DNA of 32,000 bases, taken from positions 12,242 through 44,241 of the forward strand of contig JBBAFY010000006.1 of assembly GCA_041655135.1 (NCBI GenBank). The letters run 5' to 3'. Position 1 is the first letter of the stretch. The number at the start of each line of letters is the position of its first letter. Origin of the DNA: Tissierellales bacterium. Lineage in GTDB: Bacteria > Bacillota > Clostridia > Tissierellales > Proteiniboraceae. The position numbers were made by a program, and so were the translations under genes. The notes below the pieces were generated by a model. It was not told the origin of the DNA. It made no database searches and saw only the letters and a program-made list of their open reading frames with translations. This document shows positions 23,452 through 31,413 of the stretch, piece by piece.

Positions 23452-23706
23452 TTAGTTGTTAATTGCTTTATACTTCATCTTTGTTGCTTTGCCGCCCCTG
23501 ATATGTCTTTCGGCTTTGTTCATGTCTAGTACTTTTTTTACATCAGTTGCTACAAGAGGGTTTATCTTAGGTAGACGCTCGGTAACGTCCTTGTGTACTG
23601 TGCTTTTACTCACACCAAATATCATAGCAGTTTGCCTAACAGTAGCATTTTCGCTTATTATATATTTTGCAATTTCTAACGCTCGTTCTTCTATATAATC
23701 TTTCAA
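23452..23706 (-). CDS. spoIIID: Sporulation transcriptional regulator SpoIIID
   Basis: KDYIEERALEIAKYII...VRQTAMIFGVSKSTVHKDVTERLPKINP...HIRGGKATKMKYK is nearly collinear with B. subtilis SpoIIID as I recall it. The start is TTG, preceded by GGGGGG. Confidence 0.9.
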   Translation of the reverse strand: MKDYIEERALEIAKYIISENATVRQTAMIFGVSKSTVHKDVTERLPKINPLVATDVKKVLDMNKAERHIRGGKATKMKYKAINN

Positions 23707-23825
23707 ATTTTGTTAACCCCCCTTGACGGTATTCTTGAATATATGAGTCTTTTTAAGTAATACTTATGCAGGTTTGCAAACTATTAGAACTATTGATACT
23801 GTGATGACTGCTTATTTTTCAAAGA

Positions 23826-24665
23826 TTATTTAAACTTTGGCAAATAATCTTTTGGGTTTACATTTTTTCCGTTTTTTATTACTTCAAAATGTAAATGTGA
23901 TCCTTCTACTAATTCAATTCCTGCTCCTTTACCTATTCCACTAATTGCATCGCCCTTTTTGAGCTTTTGACCAAGAGTTACCATTTCATCTGTGGATAAG
24001 CAGCCGTATTTAGTTTCCAGACCATTTCCATGGTCTATAGTAATGACTATGCCTAGATCTGTGTCTTTTTCTATTGCCTTGACTGTTCCATCTAATACTA
24101 CCTTTACTGCTGTACCTTCTTTTGCTTTGATGTCTATTCCATAATGTGTAGTCCACTGGTCAAGTGTCTTTGAATATACAAGTGTGCTATCTGCGTAATC
24201 CATTCCTAGATTTCCTAGTGTTGGTTGACTCATAGTGGCCACTGCTACTACTTCTTTTGCAGAGGTGTCTTGTGATCTAGTATCCTTTGTCTTTTGTTCT
24301 TCTGGAGCTGCTACTCCTTTATCTTTTGTATCTTGGGATATATCTTTGTTTACTTCTGTTGTTACTCCATCTATTTCTATTAATGTGACATCCTTATTTT
24401 CTTCACCGAGGTTTTCAATGTCATCATAATAGCCCTTTGCTAATTTAAGATAGTCAGTATCCTGTATACCATTTGCTTTATCAAAATTATTTTTTGATAC
24501 CCATACTGCTGTGGTCGTCACTATGCATATGCATATAAAAAGGATTACATAAAATCCATCCTTATCTGTAATAGATTTTGTTCTACGGGTTACTTTATTT
24601 ATTATTGGATTTTTAATTTTATTTTTGCCCTCGTTTTTTTTAGGCCCCTTATTAAACTCGTCCAT
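23826..24665 (-). CDS. spoIIQ: Membrane-anchored M23/LytM peptidase-domain protein, SpoIIQ-like
   Basis: One TM helix (FYVILFICICIVTTTAVWV), a low-complexity linker and a LytM domain with HYGIDI and GSHLHFEV. Its position between spoIID and spoIIID matches Clostridia. I chose the start at ATG 24665 because GGAGGTGA sits 5 nt upstream. Confidence 0.7.
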   Translation of the reverse strand: MDEFNKGPKKNEGKNKIKNPIINKVTRRTKSITDKDGFYVILFICICIVTTTAVWVSKNNFDKANGIQDTDYLKLAKGYYDDIENLGEENKDVTLIEIDGVTTEVNKDISQDTKDKGVAAPEEQKTKDTRSQDTSAKEVVAVATMSQPTLGNLGMDYADSTLVYSKTLDQWTTHYGIDIKAKEGTAVKVVLDGTVKAIEKDTDLGIVITIDHGNGLETKYGCLSTDEMVTLGQKLKKGDAISGIGKGAGIELVEGSHLHFEVIKNGKNVNPKDYLPKFK

Positions 24666-24684
24666 ACGCCTCACCTCCATTACA

Positions 24685-24713
24685 TATTGTGACCAATAAT
24701 AGAAAATTAATAC
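24685..24713 (-). promoter_or_regulatory. Forespore-type (sigma-F/G-like) promoter candidate for the spoIIQ-like gene
   Basis: On the minus strand, GTATT (24709-24713) - 14 nt - GGTCACAATA (24685-24694). This fits the -10 pattern GGnnAnAhTR. Confidence 0.35.
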
Positions 24714-24721
24714 ATGTATTG

Positions 24722-24810
24722 GAAAAATTTTTTATAAAAAAAATAGAGATACTTCACTTTGCTCAGGATGACAATCATAGCTGTCATTCTGAAAGTATGT
24801 GAAGAATCTC
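24722..24810 (-). terminator. Complete palindromic copy of repeat family B plus T-run, the likely spoIID terminator
   Basis: The arms gagatacttcactttgctcaggatgaca (24746-24773) and tgtcattctgaaagtatgtgaagaatctc (24782-24810) form an imperfect 28-bp hairpin. On the minus strand it is followed by ctattttttttataaaaaattttt. Confidence 0.55.
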
Positions 24811-24836
24811 CCTTTATAATTTTTAATTCTTAATTC

Positions 24837-25826
24837 TTAATTGAATTCTCTTATTTCCACTCCTAGATAATAGTGCTTGAGTATCTCTTGGTAGGTGCTG
24901 CCTTTTTTGGCCATTGAGTTGGCTCCCCATTGGCTCATACCTACTCCGTGACCATTTCCTAAGGTTTCTATTTCTATATTATCTCCTATTAGATTTATTT
25001 TAAAGTTAGTTGAATTTAGGTTGAAGGATGCTCTAAAATCTCTACCTTCTATTATCTTATCTTCTATCATCAGCTTCATTATTCTGCCTGTTTCACTTTT
25101 ATCTGCTACTTTTATGATTTGGCTTATGTTTTTCTTTGTGATTTTTGTATTGGGAACCAATTCTTGAATCTTCTTGACAAACTCATTAAATGACATGGTA
25201 ATGGTGGATTTAAATTTTGGCGCTTCCTCTTCATTTGGACTGGTGACGGATCTTAAGTAGGGCTTGGCTGAGGCAAATACATTTTCAGAGTCCTCTGTTA
25301 TTCCTCCACTAGTTGAATGGTAGAGGGCATCTATTAGGTCTCCTTCAAATGTGGCTACCATACCCTTAGTTTCACTTACTGCTTTATTAATTTTTGGCCA
25401 ATACTCCTTTGTCCACCCTTTACCATGTGCTTGCTCAAGCTCTTCTAATGTTAGGTATGCTTGGCAATGGATTCCTGTGCATAATGGTGCTGTAATATGG
25501 TCTGGATTTCCATCTTTAAATCTGTCTATTCTAGACAATGCGTATGTCCTAGCTGCTATAGCCTGTGCCTTTAGCGCTTCTATGTGAAAGGCCGCTGGCA
25601 TTTCAGCAGCTACTACTCCCTTAAGGTATTCTTCTAGATCTATTTCTTCTGTACTACCTGATTTTGTGTTATATACCTTTACTAGCTCCTTTCCCTCTAT
25701 TATCTTATGTTGAGAGTCTTTTGATGGCTCTCCTCCTTTACCCGGACTACAGCCCTTTACTACCACCAATGGCAGTAGTATGGTCATAAAGAGAATGAAT
25801 ATTATGTATGCTCCAATGTTTTTCAT
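24837..25826 (-). CDS. spoIID: Stage II sporulation protein D (SpoIID, lytic transglycosylase)
   Basis: One N-terminal TM helix. SpoIID-domain motifs are VVAAEMPAAFHIEALKAQAIAARTYAL, YHSTSGGITE and GHGVGMSQWGA. Confidence 0.9.
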   Translation of the reverse strand: MKNIGAYIIFILFMTILLPLVVVKGCSPGKGGEPSKDSQHKIIEGKELVKVYNTKSGSTEEIDLEEYLKGVVAAEMPAAFHIEALKAQAIAARTYALSRIDRFKDGNPDHITAPLCTGIHCQAYLTLEELEQAHGKGWTKEYWPKINKAVSETKGMVATFEGDLIDALYHSTSGGITEDSENVFASAKPYLRSVTSPNEEEAPKFKSTITMSFNEFVKKIQELVPNTKITKKNISQIIKVADKSETGRIMKLMIEDKIIEGRDFRASFNLNSTNFKINLIGDNIEIETLGNGHGVGMSQWGANSMAKKGSTYQEILKHYYLGVEIREFN

Positions 25827-25865
25827 ATAGCTTATCCCCCTGTTTACAAAAATTATTCTAATTAA

Positions 25866-25894
25866 ATTGTATGCAGGGTGGATAAGCTATATGA
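25866..25894 (-). promoter_or_regulatory. Sigma-E-type promoter of spoIID
   Basis: On the minus strand, TCATATA (25888-25894) - 14 nt - CATACAAT (25866-25873). This is close to the mother-cell sigma-E consensus, approximately kmATATT - 13-15 nt - CATACAnT. Confidence 0.55.
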
Positions 25895-25935
25895 AAGAAA
25901 AACGAGTTCCTTCCATAGTAATATAATACTGCTAG

Positions 25936-25950
25936 TCTCAGGATGACAAT
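25936..25950. repeat. Repeat family B, short core copy
   Basis: tctcaggatgacaat. Confidence 0.5.
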
Positions 25951-25956
25951 ATATTA

Positions 25957-25977
25957 GGGGCGACCAATAGTCGCCCC
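25957..25977 (-). terminator. Perfect 8-bp GC-rich hairpin after the nucleotidase gene
   Basis: ggggcgac-caata-gtcgcccc lies 8 nt after the stop at 25985. The T-run is weak. Confidence 0.45.
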
Positions 25978-25984
25978 TACAGAA

Positions 25985-28015
25985 TTAATTTGCTGGTATT
26001 AGGATTTCTTGTCCTGGGAATATTAGATGTGGGTTCTTTAGGTTATTGAACTCAGAAACTTTTTCCCATGCAAATCCAAATTGTTTTGCTATTTTCCAAA
26101 GTACGTCTCCAGCTTTTACTACATATTTTTGTGTTGTAGATACTACTGGTTCTTCTACTATTGGAGTTTCTACTACTGGCTCTTCTATGATTGGTTCTTC
26201 TGTGCCTGGCACTTCTATTCCATGTTCTTTCAATAATTCTGCCGGTATCTTACCTTCTGCTGCTAGGTCAAATACGTTTATTGGTTTAACGTTTGGTGTT
26301 CTACCATCAGCTGAAGGCTCTATACTGATATTGCCTGCTTTTATTTCTTCTATTATATAATCTCTCAATGGATGATCTAAATCTGCACCTATAACGCTCC
26401 AGTTGTTGTCCACTTCTGGAGTTATGGTTCCTTGTGCTGATATATATTCTGCGATAAATGTTCTCACTGATTTTGGATCAGAATTAAAGTAAGGTTCATT
26501 ACTAATGATTCCCATACCTTTTAATCCATCATTTCTATAGTTGTTTATTGCAAGTTTGATTACATCATCATCTTTTACTTCGTTTCCATTTAACTTAAGG
26601 TTTACTATTCTCTCTCCTGCTGGTTTGGATATATCTATGTTGAACTCTACACCGGCAAACAAGTCATAGTTATATGCTCTTACATTTGGACTAAAGCTTA
26701 TGGTCACATCTCCAGGTCTATATGTGTTATAGTATGCTGCTGACCATTCCATATATGCTTTAAGCTCTGTTCCAGATACCTCTACTCCTATTAGAGTGTT
26801 TGGGTACTTGTAGATATCAAATATATTTGCATAGTTCAAGTCACCTTTTCTAAGGTTTGAATCTGTTTTAAATAATGCTGCTGCTGCTACATCTGCTCCC
26901 GTAGCTTCTAGCTGTATTTTGTTGATTATGTCCATTACTGCTGTATCTCTTATTTGACCTTCTGGAATTCCAGGAACCTCTGGTGCTGGATGAAAATCTT
27001 CTGCTGCTATTCCTATTATATCTCCTAAAAATTCTAGTGTTGCTTGGTGGAATTCTTTTGTATGTTCTTTAAGTTCTTCTGAAGATGGATAGTCTGCTAC
27101 TGCTATTAGTGAAGGTGTTCTTTCTATTACCTTCCAAGCATCTCCTTCTTTTTGAAGTGTTATATCTATTCTAATTACATTTAGTCCCGTGTCTTTAGAT
27201 GCTCCAACTGCTGTAGTTCCTATTAGCTCTTGTAAGTCAACATGATCGTGTCCTATTATTAGTGCATCTATTTCTGGGTTCTTTTCGATCAATACTCTTG
27301 CAGAGTCTCCTCCATCTGGATAGTCTCCTTCAAGACCTGCGTGGGCTGTACCTACGACTATATCAACCTTTTCTTCTTCTTTTAATATCTTGATGTATTT
27401 TTGCGCTTCATCTGCCATACTATTTAATTCTAATTCTGTTACTTTTGCTTTATCCCAAACTTTTACGTTTGGATGTGTAACTCCAAGTATACCTACTTTT
27501 ACTCCTGCTACTTCTTTTACTGTATATGGTTTTACAAAGCTTGTTCCATCCTTATTGTAAATGTTTGCTGATAATATTGGAAAATCTGCTTCTTTTACTG
27601 CTTTTTCTATTAAATCTAAACCAAAGTTGAATTCATGATTTCCTAGTGTCATTGAATCATAGCCCATGAAATTCATTGCTGCTATTATTGGATTAGGATC
27701 TTCTTTTTTTATGCTATTGTATACATCATCTGTAAGTAGTGTGCCTTGCAAGATGTCTCCATTATCCAAAAGCAAAGTGTTTGGGTTTTCCTCTCTAACT
27801 TTTTGTACTACTGAATATACTCTTGCCAATCCTAAAGGTTTTTCTACTCCATCTTCATAGGACCAGTCGTAAATATTACCATGAATATCTGTTGTGCCTA
27901 AGATGGTAATCTTTACTGTATCAGCTTCAGTTGCCATTGCTGGTGCTACAAATATGCCTAGTAGCATCGAGAACATTACTATCAAAGATAATAGTTTTTT
28001 TGTTCTGAAGTTCAT
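25985..28015 (-). CDS. Secreted bifunctional metallophosphatase/5'-nucleotidase (CpdB/YfkN-like) with a C-terminal LysM domain
   Basis: A signal peptide is followed by the metallophosphoesterase motifs GTTDIHG, DNGDILQG, GNHEFN and GHDH. A 5'-nucleotidase C-terminal domain follows, then a P/E/V-rich linker, then LysM (YVVKAGDVLWKIAKQFGFAWEKVSEFNNLKNPHLIFPGQEILIP). Confidence 0.85.
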   Translation of the reverse strand: MNFRTKKLLSLIVMFSMLLGIFVAPAMATEADTVKITILGTTDIHGNIYDWSYEDGVEKPLGLARVYSVVQKVREENPNTLLLDNGDILQGTLLTDDVYNSIKKEDPNPIIAAMNFMGYDSMTLGNHEFNFGLDLIEKAVKEADFPILSANIYNKDGTSFVKPYTVKEVAGVKVGILGVTHPNVKVWDKAKVTELELNSMADEAQKYIKILKEEEKVDIVVGTAHAGLEGDYPDGGDSARVLIEKNPEIDALIIGHDHVDLQELIGTTAVGASKDTGLNVIRIDITLQKEGDAWKVIERTPSLIAVADYPSSEELKEHTKEFHQATLEFLGDIIGIAAEDFHPAPEVPGIPEGQIRDTAVMDIINKIQLEATGADVAAAALFKTDSNLRKGDLNYANIFDIYKYPNTLIGVEVSGTELKAYMEWSAAYYNTYRPGDVTISFSPNVRAYNYDLFAGVEFNIDISKPAGERIVNLKLNGNEVKDDDVIKLAINNYRNDGLKGMGIISNEPYFNSDPKSVRTFIAEYISAQGTITPEVDNNWSVIGADLDHPLRDYIIEEIKAGNISIEPSADGRTPNVKPINVFDLAAEGKIPAELLKEHGIEVPGTEEPIIEEPVVETPIVEEPVVSTTQKYVVKAGDVLWKIAKQFGFAWEKVSEFNNLKNPHLIFPGQEILIPAN

Positions 28016-28098
28016 TTTTTTATCCTCCCTTTAATTAATAAGATTTTTAACACATATGTTATTATATTCTATATAAGTTCAAAAAATCCTTCTAGGCT

Positions 28099-28123
28099 AA
28101 AAGGGCGACCAAATTGGCCGCCC
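28099..28123 (-). terminator. Rho-independent terminator of the second nucleotidase gene
   Basis: The minus strand reads gggcggcca-att-tggtcgccc followed by tttt. Confidence 0.55.
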
Positions 28124-28131
28124 CTACAGTA

Positions 28132-29844
28132 TTAGTTTGCTGGAATTAGGATTTCTTGTCCTGGGAATATTAGATGTGGGTTCTTTAGGTTATTGAACTC
28201 AGAAACTTTTTCCCATGCAAATCCAAATTGTTTTGCTATTTTCCAAAGTACATCTCCTGCTTTTACTACATATTTTTGTGTTGTAGCTACTGGTTCTTCT
28301 ACTACTTCTTTAGCTATAACTGTCATTCTTGGGCTTACTTCTGCTGGTATTGAATCTAAGCCTTTAACATATTCTATAAGTACTTCATCTAGACCTGGTA
28401 GTTCAACTACTAGAGTGCCTTCTTCAAACATAGTATATCCGTCTCCACCAACTGCCATGAAGTCGTTTGTCGCTACTTTGTATGATTTAGCTAAGTCTAA
28501 GTCTGCTCCACCTATTTTTACATCCTTAATTCTTGCTCCTGCTTCTGCATTTAAATCAATAGTAAATGTTGCTCCTGAAACTTGTGCAAATGAACCTGCT
28601 ACTGCTGGATAGCTAGCTGTTCCATGTTCTAAAGCTGCTAATATTTGTGCCCCTGTGTACTCATTAACTATTACATAGTTTCCAAATGGAAGAACTGTAA
28701 TGATTTCTCCCATAGTGATTTCACCAACATCTATTGATGCTCTTATTCCACCGCCATTTGTAATAGCCATATCAGCACCTGAAGCTGATAGCATTGCATT
28801 TGTTATAAGATTTGAAAGATTAGTTTCTCCACCTCTTACGTTCTCTCTAACACCATCAAGCTCTACATCTGTTTTTCCTACTATCTGTGATGTAATTTCA
28901 CTGTTTGCTGCTTCAACTTCAACAATTATTGCAGCTACATCAGCGTCTTCTGCTAATTCTGCTGCATCATCTTTACTAAATACTGTAGGTTCTACAGTTG
29001 TTAATTTACCATCTACAAATGTTAAGTTAACTATACCTAAATTATCATTATAGTTACCTGTTGATACTATTTTAACTGCTTTGTCAGCATTGTCTATAGT
29101 ATCTAAAGCTGAGTGGCTGTGTCCGTCTATGATTAAATCTATACCTTCTACATTATCTCTTACTTTATAAGATGTATCTACGCTTTCTGAATCGATTCCT
29201 AAGTGTACTAATGCTACTATAGCATCTACATTTTCTTCTTGTAGCTTAGCAACCATTTCTTTAGCTTTTTCAACTGGATCAGCAAATGTTAAGCCTTCAA
29301 CATTTTTAGGATTAGTCTTAACTGAAGTTTCTGGAGTTGAAAGTCCAAAGAAACCTACTTTAAATCCACCAACTTCTTTTATTACATATGCATCAAGAAG
29401 TGTAGTGCCATCTTCTTTAACAAGGTTTGCTGATAATAAATCAAAGTTCATTAATTCTTTAAGCTCTAATAATCTTTCTTGGCCATAGTTAAAGTCATGG
29501 TTTCCTGGAGTCATTATATCATACCCTACAGTATTCATAATCTTAACTATACTTTCGCCCTTAGAGATTGTAGCGATAGTCTGTCCGTGTAGTGTATCAC
29601 CTGCATCAACTACTAAAACGTTAGGATTAGCCTCTTTAAGAGCCTTAACTTTTGTTGCTATCTTAGCAAATCCTACTCCATCGCTTACTCTTGAATGTGT
29701 ATCGTTTGTATGCACTATTGTAACTGTTACTGCGTTATCTGCTGCTTCCTCTGCATACACTCCTGTCATAGGAGCAAATACTAGCCCTAGTACCATTGTA
29801 AGCATAACTAGTAAGCTAAGAATTCTTGTTTTCTTAAAATTCAT
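28132..29844 (-). CDS. Secreted 5'-nucleotidase/UshA-like metallophosphatase with a C-terminal LysM domain
   Basis: A signal peptide is followed by the motifs HTNDTHS, DAGDTLHG, GNHDFN and GHSH and a 5'-nucleotidase C domain. The LysM tail is identical to that of the upstream paralog. Confidence 0.85.
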   Translation of the reverse strand: MNFKKTRILSLLVMLTMVLGLVFAPMTGVYAEEAADNAVTVTIVHTNDTHSRVSDGVGFAKIATKVKALKEANPNVLVVDAGDTLHGQTIATISKGESIVKIMNTVGYDIMTPGNHDFNYGQERLLELKELMNFDLLSANLVKEDGTTLLDAYVIKEVGGFKVGFFGLSTPETSVKTNPKNVEGLTFADPVEKAKEMVAKLQEENVDAIVALVHLGIDSESVDTSYKVRDNVEGIDLIIDGHSHSALDTIDNADKAVKIVSTGNYNDNLGIVNLTFVDGKLTTVEPTVFSKDDAAELAEDADVAAIIVEVEAANSEITSQIVGKTDVELDGVRENVRGGETNLSNLITNAMLSASGADMAITNGGGIRASIDVGEITMGEIITVLPFGNYVIVNEYTGAQILAALEHGTASYPAVAGSFAQVSGATFTIDLNAEAGARIKDVKIGGADLDLAKSYKVATNDFMAVGGDGYTMFEEGTLVVELPGLDEVLIEYVKGLDSIPAEVSPRMTVIAKEVVEEPVATTQKYVVKAGDVLWKIAKQFGFAWEKVSEFNNLKNPHLIFPGQEILIPAN

Positions 29845-29967
29845 TTAAAATCCTCCCTTTAAAATAATTATGTTTGCATATCACATATTAATTGTTATTC
29901 TACAAAACAAAGAAAATTCCTGCTAAAATATAGAAAACTTGTAGAAGATTATCTAAAACTATGAAGA

Positions 29968-29994
29968 AAGATCCTTCGCTTCGCTCAGGATGAA
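29968..29994. repeat. Repeat family B copy
   Basis: aagatccttcgcttcgctcaggatgaa. Confidence 0.7.
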
Positions 29995-30023
29995 AATTAA
30001 CTATTTCTCAACTCTGAAGACTC

Positions 30024-30050
30024 AATAAAAAAAGGACGATTTCTCGTCCT
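30024..30050 (-). terminator. Rho-independent terminator of murA
   Basis: The minus strand reads aggacga-gaaa-tcgtcct followed by ttttttatt, directly after the stop at 30051-30053. Confidence 0.7.
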
Positions 30051-31307
30051 TTAGTCTACTGCTCTATATATTTTAGCTCCTAACTTTACAAGCTTTTCTT
30101 CTATATCTGTGTACCCTCTATCTACGTGGTATATGTCGCTGATTTCTGTGGCTCCTTCTGATACTAGTCCTGCTAATATAAGTGCTGCACCTGCCCTAAG
30201 GTCTGTGGCCTTCACTGGTGCTCCCATCATTTTATTAGTACCTTGTATGATTGCGCTTCTGCCATCTATTTTTATATCTGCACCCATTCTTTTTAATTCA
30301 TCTACATGCATATATCTGTTTTCAAATACTGTTTCTATCATTATACTCGTACCTTCTGCTATACTCATAAGTGCCATAAACTGTGACTGCATATCTGTGG
30401 GGAATCCTGGATATGGTAGAGTCTTGATGTCTACTGCCTTAATTCCATTCTTAGCAATTACTCTAAGGCTATCTTCACCTTCTTCTATCTTTACCCCTGC
30501 TTCTATTAGCTTTGCTATTACTGGCTTAACATGACTTGGTATTACATTTTCTATTAAGACATCTCCTCCTGTGATTGCAGCTGCTACCATGTATGTTCCA
30601 GCTTCTATTCTATCTGGAATCACTGAGTGTCTCACCTTACCTAGCTCAGTCACACCTTTAATTCTAATATTGTTGGTGCCAGCTCCCTTGATATCTGCTC
30701 CCATTTTATTAAGCAGATTTGCTAGGTCTACAATCTCTGGTTCCATTGCCGCATTTTCTATGATGGTCTCTCCCTTTGCCATAGTGGCTGCCATCATTAT
30801 ATTTTCTGTGGCTCCTACGCTAGGAAAGTCAAGATATATCTTGTCTCCTATAAGTCGATCTGCTTTAGCCTCTACATATCCATGTCCTACTTCTATGTTT
30901 GCTCCTAATGCCTTGAAGCCCTTTAAATGCAAATCAATGGGTCTGGTTCCTATGGCGCAGCCCCCTGGAAGAGATACTCTTGCTTTACCCATCCTGGCCA
31001 ATAAAGGTCCCATCACTAAAAAAGATGCCCTCATTTTTCTCATTAGCTCGTAGGGTGCTTCAACATTTATAATTTTTGAAGAATTAATTTCTAATATATT
31101 TTTATTAGGTCTATTTATGTCAACACCTAAGGATGCAAGTACTTCACTTATAACATCTACATCGTCTAATGCAGGTATATCTTCAAGGGTGCATACCTCT
31201 GAAGAAAGAAGCGAGGCTGCAATAATTGGCAATGTAGAATTTTTTGCTCCACTTATTTTTATGGAGCCTTTTAAGGCTGGACTCTTTTCAACTATTATCT
31301 TTGGCAC
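30051..31307 (-). CDS. murA: UDP-N-acetylglucosamine 1-carboxyvinyltransferase MurA
   Basis: [29 protein letters not shown]..., the catalytic-loop Cys in [15 protein letters not shown], and the end [21 protein letters not shown] moved the start to GTG 31307 because GGGAGGA (31317-31323) lies 9 nt upstream, which gives a typical 418-aa MurA. The track start at 31355 is an unsupported GTG extension. Confidence 0.92.
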   Translation of the reverse strand: MPKIIVEKSPALKGSIKISGAKNSTLPIIAASLLSSEVCTLEDIPALDDVDVISEVLASLGVDINRPNKNILEINSSKIINVEAPYELMRKMRASFLVMGPLLARMGKARVSLPGGCAIGTRPIDLHLKGFKALGANIEVGHGYVEAKADRLIGDKIYLDFPSVGATENIMMAATMAKGETIIENAAMEPEIVDLANLLNKMGADIKGAGTNNIRIKGVTELGKVRHSVIPDRIEAGTYMVAAAITGGDVLIENVIPSHVKPVIAKLIEAGVKIEEGEDSLRVIAKNGIKAVDIKTLPYPGFPTDMQSQFMALMSIAEGTSIMIETVFENRYMHVDELKRMGADIKIDGRSAIIQGTNKMMGAPVKATDLRAGAALILAGLVSEGATEISDIYHVDRGYTDIEEKLVKLGAKIYRAVD

Positions 31308-31369
31308 CTTGTCGTTTCCTCCCTTTATGATTTTGTCTAGGCGATTTTTTGTCACGCCACTATCTAAGT

Positions 31370-31398
31370 ACGAGATCTTTCACTTTGCTCAGGATGAC
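31370..31398. repeat. Repeat family B copy
   Basis: acgagatctttcactttgctcaggatgac. Confidence 0.7.
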
Positions 31399-31413
31399 GT
31401 TTCTTAACTTTCT

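Noticed and set aside
23707-23825. A sigma-E promoter upstream of spoIIID (CATATATT at about -10, TCATATA-like elements)
   Set aside because: Several partial matches exist, but none combines a good -35, a 13-15 nt spacer and a CATACAnT -10 at a sensible distance from the start codon. It is left unannotated.
14424-31355. N-terminal extensions in the ORF track (capD 14447, ligase 17520, mbl 23237, spoIIQ-like 24680, murA 31355)
   Set aside because: The extended starts lack an RBS, overlap upstream genes or add residues absent from the known families. Internal ATG or GTG codons with well-spaced GGAGG-type RBSs give canonical N-termini.
1683-31407. All plus-strand ORFs of 60-160 aa in the track (for example 1683-1880, 11778-11984, 13684-13881, 15623-15847, 16373-16594, 17306-17530, 18364-18663, 19870-20061, 19899-20081, 20166-20474, 20372-20818, 22636-22842, 23456-23698, 24235-24429, 25351-25587, 26046-26360, 27666-27860, 28193-28612, 28700-29053, 30109-30534, 30571-31053, 31117-31407)
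   Set aside because: Each lies antisense inside a well-supported minus-strand gene. Each has a low-complexity S/P/L/I/F-rich composition, no RBS and no recognisable motifs. They are shadow ORFs typical of AT-rich genomes.
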